From assembly GCA_963675295.2 (NCBI GenBank), contig CAXXKJ010000002.1, positions 608,001 to 672,000 on the forward strand: a DNA stretch of 64,000 nucleotides. The letters run 5' to 3'. The notes below the pieces were generated by a model. It was not told the origin of the DNA. It searched no databases and saw only the letters and a program-made list of their open reading frames with translations. This stretch comes from a bacterium (GTDB taxonomy: Bacteria; Electryoneota; Electryoneia; Electryoneales; Electryoneaceae). Made by a program: the position numbers and the translations under genes. Below, piece after piece: positions 41,036 to 49,400 of this stretch (position 1 is the stretch's first letter; every line of letters starts with the position of its first letter).

Positions 41036-41940
41036 GCAGCTTCTCCCGCTATGGTCAAGGATTCAATGGATCGTACCTGCCGGGATGACAGACCTTCACC
41101 TTGCGCATCTGTCAAGCAGATGTCGGCGAATGCACAGGCTGGACAGTTAATCATCCCTGGGTTACGTGGAAATACACCACGGCTGATGTTGCTGGCTATC
41201 GCAGCCAGATCCCGCTTCAGCGAAATCAGCTGCTTCCGTGAACGGCTGGTGAAACGACGCGGGTTGCCTCTTTCGGCGCCAACAGAAAAGCCGTTGCCGT
41301 TTCGCTTGTACGGGATATGGTCACGAAGCTGGTAGTAAACGATGTCCAGCTTTTCAGGTGGGATTTCCAACATTCGCATCGTACCGTCTGGCATCTTGAA
41401 AACACCACGCCAGCAAGCCAGTGCGTATAAGCCAAGCTGGTAATCCAGATCAAGGAACTGCTGGTTTGGTGGGAACTTGGATGACTTGAAGTCGAGTAGC
41501 GTGTAGCTGCCGTCTTCGTTCTGGCGTAGCTGGTCAATCGTCCCGCTGAATACGTTCCTACCCACCTTCAGCATGAACGTGGCTTCGGACAGGATCACGT
41601 TTACACGCCGATTCCAGCCCTTCTTGCGGTAGTTCGCAAGCATTTCGGTAGCTTCACCTACCAGTTCACCGATTGACGCGTCACGGTCGTTTTTCCAGAA
41701 GACGGGTGTGTCGGATTCATCCCCACTGAATTCCTCGTGGTCGAACCGTTCCCGATACCGTTTCGCAATGTCCAGATCCCAGTTGACCAGGTGCAGTTCT
41801 TCGATAAGCTGATGAAGAACACGGCCATGCAGTGCAGCTAGTGATCGGAATGCCGAAGGAATCTGATCGATGTATCGGTACTTGAAGCTGGCAGGACACC
41901 ACAGGTAGGACTTGATGAGGGACTGACGTAGAACGTCGAT
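41032..41940 (-). CDS. PD-(D/E)XK RecB/Cas4-like exonuclease (probable non-canonical ATC start)
   Basis: Frame stays open 99 codons upstream of the track's ATG ('SYLWCPASFKYRYID', 'HGRVLH'); 'GTIDQL', 'DFKS', 'QLGLYA', 'CPACAFADIC'. Confidence 0.8.
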   Translation of the reverse strand: MDVLRQSLIKSYLWCPASFKYRYIDQIPSAFRSLAALHGRVLHQLIEELHLVNWDLDIAKRYRERFDHEEFSGDESDTPVFWKNDRDASIGELVGEATEMLANYRKKGWNRRVNVILSEATFMLKVGRNVFSGTIDQLRQNEDGSYTLLDFKSSKFPPNQQFLDLDYQLGLYALACWRGVFKMPDGTMRMLEIPPEKLDIVYYQLRDHIPYKRNGNGFSVGAERGNPRRFTSRSRKQLISLKRDLAAIASNISRGVFPRNPGMINCPACAFADICLTDAQGEGLSSRQVRSIESLTIAGEAA

Positions 41941-41960
41941 AAATGACCACCCCCTTTCGA

Positions 41961-42719
41961 TCAGTTTGGCGACAGGAAGTACTGCGACACACGACGGTTC
42001 AGGTTTTCAGCGCTGAAACGTTCCTGCTTGGTAAGCACGTCAGTTGCTGCGTTGTACACACCCCAAGCCGTATCATCTTCGATACCGTTGAACACCTTCG
42101 CCTGGGTGGTGATCGGCAGGTTGGTTTCGCGGAAGAACTTCTGGATGTCAGCGCGGCGCATCCGCTTATGGGTAAGATCGACCAACATCGGCAGCACCAT
42201 GTGCAGACGATTACCAACACGATCCAACTGACGAGCTGCCACACGCATTTCGCGGTCGAAGTTCTGGCTACCCCAGTGTTTGAAGCGGAATCCGCCAAGC
42301 ATGAACGACAGCATCATGCCATTGCTGCAGACCAGTCGAACGGCGTTGAATTCCAACCCGAAGGTTGTACTACCGTCGTAGGAATTGACCGCATCCAGCG
42401 TACACGCGACAACATCACCCACCTTGACTTCACCCGTGGTCTGTGTCAGCAGATACCGCTGCCGAAGCTTCTTCCCATTCCACAACGTCTGATGTTCTTC
42501 GACGGGCATTCCCGTTCGGTTCAACAGGTCTTCTGCGACTTGCACAACCTCGCTGTTTTTCACGAGCTTGTACTCGGGGGAAACAACACCCACTTCCGTG
42601 GCATCAGCATTGGGATTCAACACTACAGCCAAACGGCTGCTGTGATCCCCGTTCGCCCTGCGAAGTGGTTGAAGTTCAACTGGTGCAAACGGCGATAGCG
42701 CCGTCTTTGAATCGGTCAT
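41961..42719 (-). CDS. DUF932/DUF945-family mobile-element protein
   Basis: 'GVVS..Y.LV.N', 'NSYDGS', 'RLVCSNGM', 'TAWGVYNAAT'; SD AGGAGG. Confidence 0.8.
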   Translation of the reverse strand: MTDSKTALSPFAPVELQPLRRANGDHSSRLAVVLNPNADATEVGVVSPEYKLVKNSEVVQVAEDLLNRTGMPVEEHQTLWNGKKLRQRYLLTQTTGEVKVGDVVACTLDAVNSYDGSTTFGLEFNAVRLVCSNGMMLSFMLGGFRFKHWGSQNFDREMRVAARQLDRVGNRLHMVLPMLVDLTHKRMRRADIQKFFRETNLPITTQAKVFNGIEDDTAWGVYNAATDVLTKQERFSAENLNRRVSQYFLSPN

Positions 42720-42756
42720 ACGTCCTCCTGTTTGCTTTGTTCGGGTTCACGTTCTT

Positions 42757-43428
42757 ATGCCGGAAAACAGAACGATGATGCACTACCACTACATCGACGC
42801 TCCCGATTCGCCACACCGAAGTGTGATCGAAATGGATCCGTCGAACATGCCGGGGATGCCGTATGGCGCCATCGAATGGGTGTACGATCCGGAATCCACC
42901 GATGCGGACTTCATTTCGAACCGGCTTGAGGAAATTCAACCGTTCGTGCGGAATGGAATCTTGGTCATGCAGGGCGTGTTTGATCCAGGGACTGTTATCA
43001 CCGTCGCGCTTCGTAAGGATCACGTACTGGAAGATGTTGTCCTGGATAAAGTGCATAGCCTGCATGAACTCGCGAATGAAAATGGGATGCTGTACTGGAT
43101 TCTGGTTGGTCGAACAGGGGCGTTTGACCTTAAGGCGCATGTGGAAAGTGACACGGAAGGTAGGATTGCGAAAATACGGTCAATACTTCAAGATCTGGAT
43201 GTGCGCGACTATCTGACCAACGAACTGCGGATAGAACACCAAGCTCCGCCTGTTCGGGAAGAAGACTATCCACCGGTGATGGATCTGGAAATGGCGGCGA
43301 GGTATCTTTCGATCAGCGAATCGACGCTGTACAAGATAGACAAGATGCTGTTACCCCGGACCGCGCAGGGTCGATTTCGGAAATCGGACCTGGATGCGTA
43401 TCTTGAAAAGACGATGAGGCGCCGATGA
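42757..43428 (+). CDS. Protein with C-terminal excisionase/AlpA-like HTH
   Basis: 'VMDLEMAARYLSISESTLYK...RFRKSDLDAYL'; located next to attR. Confidence 0.7.
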   Translation: MPENRTMMHYHYIDAPDSPHRSVIEMDPSNMPGMPYGAIEWVYDPESTDADFISNRLEEIQPFVRNGILVMQGVFDPGTVITVALRKDHVLEDVVLDKVHSLHELANENGMLYWILVGRTGAFDLKAHVESDTEGRIAKIRSILQDLDVRDYLTNELRIEHQAPPVREEDYPPVMDLEMAARYLSISESTLYKIDKMLLPRTAQGRFRKSDLDAYLEKTMRRR

Positions 43429-43624
43429 CTATCTGCTGTGAAGCCAGTGTTGATGCCCCCGAGAGGCTCGGGAGATTTGCCAAATATGTGCCAAGTCCGC
43501 CGAAAAATCAGGCAAAATCAGGAAAATCTGGTCGGAATAATCGGATGTCTGAAACGTCGTAACTAGTAGCTATTTTTGTTTTTGTGTGGTTATTACTGCA
43601 CATCCAGACGAGCCGGAAAACTGC

Positions 43625-43652
43625 CGGGGTTCGACTCCCTGATCCCCAGCCA
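43625..43652 (+). repeat. attR: duplicated 3' end of tRNA-Gln
   Basis: Identical to 25874-25901. Confidence 0.95.
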
Positions 43653-43658
43653 CTATTG

Positions 43659-43688
43659 AGGGCTCACGCAGAAGCGTGAGCCCTTTTC
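43659..43688 (+). terminator. Displaced native tRNA-Gln terminator
   Basis: AGGGCTCACGC-AGAA-GCGTGAGCCCT-TTT right after attR. Confidence 0.75.
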
Positions 43689-44195
43689 TCTTGCGCTGCG
43701 CTAGTATCTGACAAGCAGTCCATCAATCACTTAACGTGTCACCGCTTCAGTATACGCTTGAAGGCAGTGCCACGAACGCATTTGCCCACCTTTCATTGCC
43801 TGGTTTATAGCTGCAATGTAAGACTCTCCTAACTCCAGGTTGTTATAATAACATCACGAGGTTAGCTAAAGTATCGTGTCTCTAGATTAGATTAATATCT
43901 GAAGCAAGATAGAACATTTACAACTATTTCATTTTCATATTAAAACGCTTTCCCCCACATCAACTTCCGCAAACAGATGATCGACACGTCTTCCTGCACA
44001 GAAGATGGTCGATTTCATCATTGTCGTTCCTGTTAACAAGCTTCACGCAAGCTTTGATCGAATGAATCAGGTCGTATTACGCCTGAGACGATCGAATTTT
44101 CACGTTCAGCAAAGCAAGCAGGGACAGTTGCGCGACGTACTCGCCGTCGTGCTGGTGAAATACCTCAGGGTACCATCCTTGGGGGGAAAAGAGTG

Positions 44196-44336
44196 ATGTG
44201 AATTGCGATTGTAGTGCTGTTGATGGCGTTACTACCAGCCATGGCGTTCAGCCAGGCTTGGATTGAACATACCGTAGATGGTGAGTTTGAGGGGGCACGT
44301 TGCGCGTATGTGGCGATTGTTACGTCGTGCCAGTGA
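44196..44336 (+). pseudogene. Decayed 5' fragment of an FG-GAP protein gene
   Basis: ATG-TGA-IAIVVLLMALLPAMAFSQAWIEHTVDGEFEGA... parallels the start of the next gene, MRIASVVLL...WNEHTVVGDFNGA. Confidence 0.7.
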
Positions 44337-44406
44337 AGCGTCTCAAACGAGTGAAAGCGGAGATCTGGTTTTTGCTCTGTGCGAGGCAACCAAGGGGGGT
44401 AGAACG

Positions 44407-46221
44407 ATGCGTATTGCAAGTGTAGTGCTGTTGGTTGGTTTGCTGCCGTGTCTGGTGATGGGTGAGCTCTGGAACGAACACACCGTGGTTGGTGACTTCA
44501 ACGGTGCCACTTGTGTTTGCGCGGCAGACGTGGATGGCGACGGCGACATGGACGTAATCGGTGTCGCATATGTAGGCGCGGATATCACTTGGTGGGAGAA
44601 TGCGGATGGCACAGGTTCCAACTGGATTGAACACGTGGTGGATTATGGTTTCGTTGGTGCACGAAGCGTTTATACAACCGATCTGGATGGTGACGGTGAT
44701 TTGGATATACTTGGCGCAGCGAGCGTGGATGACTTCAGTTGGTGGGAGAACCTGGATGGCACAGGCCTGAACTGGTCTGAACACGTGGTGTATAATCCGG
44801 TGCCAAATGCACTCGGAGTCAGTGTATATGCCGAAGATCTGGACAACGATGGTGACATGGACATACTCGGCGCGGAAAGTGGCACCGACCACATCACCTG
44901 GTGGGAGAACGTGGATGGTACAGGTTTAACCTTGTCTGCACACACAGTGGACGGAGAATTTGATGGAGCAAATTCTGTTTATGCCGAAGATGTGGATGGT
45001 GATGGCGACATGGACGTGCTCGGTGCAGCCTTCAGTGAGGATCAAATCGCCTGGTGGGAAAACACGGATGGTACAGGTATGAACTGGTCTGAACACATCG
45101 TGAGAACTTCCTTCGATGGTGCCGTCAATGTTTATGCCGAAGACTTGGATGGCGACGGCGACATGGATGTACTCAGCGGCGCATACAATGATTCTGAAAT
45201 TAGCTGGTGGGAGAATACGAATGGCACGGGCCTGACTTGGTCTGAACACGATGTGGCACCCATGTACCATGTAAATCATGTCTGTTCCGAAGACATTGAT
45301 GGTGACGGTGATATGGATCTGCTCGCTGTGGCGGGAGAAGGGGCAGATTTTCTGTCCTGGTGGGAGAACCTGGATGGCACAGGTCTGAATTGGACAGAAC
45401 ATTTGGTTGATAGCGATTTTACCAACGGTTTTTATACGTGCTCAGCCGATGTGGATGCCGATGGTTTAATGGACATTTTGGGTGCTGCCAGGGATGATGA
45501 CGACATCTCCTGGTGGGAGCAATATTTTCCAGTCGAGGTATCGCTTTCCGCCATCAGCTATCCAGTCTTGATCCCGTCGGTTGGCGGTCCTTTCTGGTAT
45601 TCGATTGAGCTCACAAACCAGATGAATACTATTGTCCAGGGTGTTTTCATCACCGAAGCCATACTACCCAGCGGCTATACGTACGGCCCGATGCTGAGCT
45701 TCAACCTGGCACTCGCGGGTGGACAGGTGCTTCCATCACCGTTACTGCAAGTGGATGTACCGGCGTTTGCGCCGGTCGGGGTGTATGAGTTTCACGCCAT
45801 CTTCTCTCCATTCGTACCAAGTGGATATGAACACAGCGATTTCTTTGAATTTGAGAAGCTGTCCGCTCCGTCGGCGGCTCCAGTCGTGAGTGAGTGGGGT
45901 TACACGCCTTGGGCGGAAATGGAAACGGTGGTTTCATCCAATCCGGAACTGCCGGATGAGTTCACTGTTTCGCAGGCCTGTCCGAATCCGTTTAACCCGT
46001 CGACGGTGATCTCGGTATCTCTGCCGGAGACGGCGGATCTGACGGTGATCGCGTACAACGTCGCGGGGCAACAAGTCGCTGAACTCGCAGCTGGTCAGTA
46101 TGCTGCGGGAACGCATTTGCTTACATTCGACGCTTCCAGCCTCGCCGGTGGACTGTACTTCATTCGTGCGACAGTTCCCGGCAAGCTCGATCAGGTGCAG
46201 AAGGTGATGCTGGTGAAGTAA
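44407..46221 (+). CDS. FG-GAP/VCBS-repeat beta-propeller with Ig-like module and T9SS-type CTD
   Basis: Seven D.D.DG..D-type repeats, mostly followed by WWEN; CTD 'CPNPFNPST...GLYFIRA...QKVMLVK'. Confidence 0.88.
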   Translation: MRIASVVLLVGLLPCLVMGELWNEHTVVGDFNGATCVCAADVDGDGDMDVIGVAYVGADITWWENADGTGSNWIEHVVDYGFVGARSVYTTDLDGDGDLDILGAASVDDFSWWENLDGTGLNWSEHVVYNPVPNALGVSVYAEDLDNDGDMDILGAESGTDHITWWENVDGTGLTLSAHTVDGEFDGANSVYAEDVDGDGDMDVLGAAFSEDQIAWWENTDGTGMNWSEHIVRTSFDGAVNVYAEDLDGDGDMDVLSGAYNDSEISWWENTNGTGLTWSEHDVAPMYHVNHVCSEDIDGDGDMDLLAVAGEGADFLSWWENLDGTGLNWTEHLVDSDFTNGFYTCSADVDADGLMDILGAARDDDDISWWEQYFPVEVSLSAISYPVLIPSVGGPFWYSIELTNQMNTIVQGVFITEAILPSGYTYGPMLSFNLALAGGQVLPSPLLQVDVPAFAPVGVYEFHAIFSPFVPSGYEHSDFFEFEKLSAPSAAPVVSEWGYTPWAEMETVVSSNPELPDEFTVSQACPNPFNPSTVISVSLPETADLTVIAYNVAGQQVAELAAGQYAAGTHLLTFDASSLAGGLYFIRATVPGKLDQVQKVMLVK

Positions 46222-46432
46222 AACGGTCGAAAGGAGAGGGGATCAGTAACATTGACTACGGCCGCGTCCATCTGTTTATAGATGCGGCCGTAATGACTCC
46301 ATGACGACGGGCGAACCGGAGACGTCCCTGCTGGTTTTTCATCCAATCTGCGCCCGGGAGCTGCCCACCAGCATCTTTCTTCCCGTATACTTAGAGCAGG
46401 CCTCGTTCGCAGACCTCATTTGTGGAGACCCC

Positions 46433-49400
46433 ATGTTTCGTATGCGCGTTGCTGCATACGGTTTGATCGTGTTTGCCCTGCTCCAGACTGCCCAACTTCA
46501 CGCACAGATCACCGAAACCGGCTCGTTCCGGTCGTTCATCCTCGGCAACGAACCCGCCGCCGCGTACGACAACTGGATTTCGCACACGGTGGAAGGGCTG
46601 GCCGTGCCTGGCGGCTACAACCACCACATGCCGCCGCAATTTGACCGGCAGACGACCGGTTTCGGCAGTTTCGAGCTGATCAGCGACGACGACGCGCCCG
46701 CCGAAAGCCTGTTCTGGCGGCAGGTTTTCACCCACATGTGGAACGATGACCTTGCGGCCGCGCAGGCGTTGTTCAGTTCGCAGGGGCGTCCGTTCGATGC
46801 GGTTTATTTCAACGACACCGAGACTGGCCGTACGTTCCGCATGGTGCGTGAGCAGCTCAACGAAAGCTATGTCGATACCGGGTTTTTCGCCGGACCGGAC
46901 GATGACGTGATCGGCAGTTTCGACAAGGGCTGGGGGCTGTTTGTCTTCAATCCGGAAGCGGCGATTCCGTGGGCGCACGCGCAAGTGGTACACATCAACG
47001 ACGACTTCATCGCGCCGCCGTTAACTACAGATCTGTTCCTCGACGGCGACCTCGGGGTTTTATCGATGAACGGGACCGGTCGTGAAGTGCGTTGGGTGGA
47101 CGGCGAAGACTACAACAACTCGCGGTCGTTGTCGGATCCGTCCCGTAACGGACGCCTGCCGGTGCAGTGGTTCACGCAGTTTGTCATCGACACGTTGCGC
47201 GCCCAGGGGATGACCGACCTCACCATCCAGTTTCACAGCTACGACAGTGAATCGCACCTGACAGAACCGACGATCCAGATCAGCGGCGGCCCGTTGGACG
47301 CTTTCCCCAATCGTGGCGCGCGAGATATCTCCGGACAGGGGTATGACTGGGTGAATTTCGCTCCGACCGTCGTTGTTCCAGCGGATTATTCGATGCCGGG
47401 GCAGGCGGAAGTACTGGTGCAGAATTACTTCGCAGTCTGGCGCGGGTTTGGCTTGATGCACCTCGAGAGCGGGGTGGAGATCCCGCGGAACGTACAGCTG
47501 ACTGGGTACGGCGACAGCCCGCAGATGGCGTCAGCGTGGGAGGGGGTCAACCGCTACGAAACGTTTGACCGCTGGCTGCACGTCGAGTTCGACGAACTCC
47601 CAAACCCGATCGCGGCGGCGGAATACACCGAGCTGGATTTCTTCATGGGCACCGCACCGCCGACCGAGGAAAACTGGGACGCGTTGCTGCGGTACTATGA
47701 AGCGTCGAACGATGCTTTGGTCGCGTACCTGCATGACGTCGAGAACACGCAGGACACGACTCCGCCCTCGACGGCGGCCGGGTTGTCGGTGTACTACGTG
47801 GCGGACGATTTCGTTGAGCTGACTTGGTCGCAGGCGTCACTCGATCCGAATTTCGCGACGTACGAGATCTATTACGGCACCGCGGACGAGATCGACACGA
47901 CAAACACGTTGTGGAATTTCAGCAACGACCCGGATCTCGTCGGGCAGAACATTCGGTTCACCAGCGTCAACGGTCTGGATTTCAACCAGGACTATGGTTT
48001 CCGAGTTCGTGGGCTGGACCTGTTCGGGCTGGCAGGACCGTTGACGGAAACTGTCCGCGCGATCACCGTTGAGGGCGATCAGGCTCCATTGCCTTTCTCG
48101 CTGATCTCGCCGCTGGACGCCGACACCTGCTTCACGCTCGACACGACGCTGGTCTGGCAGTCGACCACTGATCCCGACCTGTACGACGTCCCGCATTACG
48201 ATGTTTGGATGGACACGTTGCCGGACCTTTCCACCGCGTGGCAACTCGAGGACGCCGACAGCCTAGCCGACACGACCTTCGCCGTCGAAGATCTGATGAA
48301 CCGGCGCACGCTGTTCTGGTCAGTGCGTGCCACGGACCGTAATACGGAGGGGACGTGGGCCAACGAAATCAACTCGCTGGTGACATGGATGCCGCTGCCG
48401 CCGGCTGATTTCACACTCAAGTATCCGCGTGATCGGGAAACGCTGTACGACGTTACTTCGACGCCAATCCGCTGGCGTTCGACGGTGAGCCAGAATGATC
48501 CGGACTGGGAGATCACCTACCGGCTGATATTCGGGCGTGATGCGGCCTTTGCGGACGCCGACACGTTCCAGACGCAGGACACGACGTGGACGGTGGACGA
48601 TCTGGAATTGAACCACACCTACTGGTACAATGTGTACGCCCACGATCAGATCGACACGGTGCGTTGCGAGTCGGTGTGGCGGTTTTACGTCTGGAGCCAT
48701 CCGATCCCGAACTTCAGCCTCGTGTTGCCGGAGCTTGGCGCACGTGTCGGCAGCGGCGAGGTGACGGTCACGTGGGAAGAACCGGCCCCGGCGCGGGTTG
48801 ACGCCACGCAAACCCATCATCGGCAGATGCAAACGGACTCCATCACTCCGGCGGTCGAAGGGCGAGTGACCCGTCTGTCGAAGCAACGCAAGCACAGCGG
48901 CAAGGGGATTCCGTTTGACGGCGGGCAGGGCTGGGCGTCTATTGATGCCCAGGGCGGACCGGACGATTTCGGCCACCTGTGGATCGACAACGGCGATTAC
49001 GGCGGCCCGCTGTTCGACTGGATAGAGATCAGTGAGACCGGCACCCTGTCGTCAGTGTCCGACACCGACGACGGCACCGAATCGGTCGAGTTGCCGTTCA
49101 CCTTCCCGTATTACGGCGGCGAGTACGACACGCTGGTGATCAGCAGCAACGGGAACGCACATTTCGGCACGCCGGACGATGGCTGGCAACATTACACCAT
49201 TCCGAGCGCGGATGGTCCGGCGGGCATCCTCGCGCCGTGGTGGATGGACCTGCGGCCGAATGTGCGCGGAACGATTTTCTATCAGGCGTTTGACGACTAT
49301 TTCGTCGTGCAGTGGGACAACTGCCAGGAGTACAGCCACCCGTTGTGGTCGTATACCTTCCAGCTGATACTCTACCCCAACGGCCGGATCAAATTCCAGT

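Larger units (their letters stand above)
25874..43652. mobile_element. tRNA-Gln-integrated element (~17.8 kb; satellite/IME-like defence island)
   Basis: Exact 28-bp direct repeat CGGGGTTCGACTCCCTGATCCCCAGCCA at both ends; integrase next to the tRNA; primase-helicase and R-M cargo inside. Confidence 0.92.

Noticed and set aside
41032-41940. Cas4 as evidence of a CRISPR-Cas system
   Set aside because: Solo RecB-family nuclease in a mobile-element operon; no array or other cas genes in the window.
25874-43652. Full prophage or conjugative ICE
   Set aside because: No recognisable structural, terminase, lysis, relaxase or T4SS genes.
44500-45520. Nucleotide repeats suggesting a DGR or repeat array
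   Set aside because: Explained by coding FG-GAP repeats; no reverse transcriptase or adenine-specific TR/VR pair seen.
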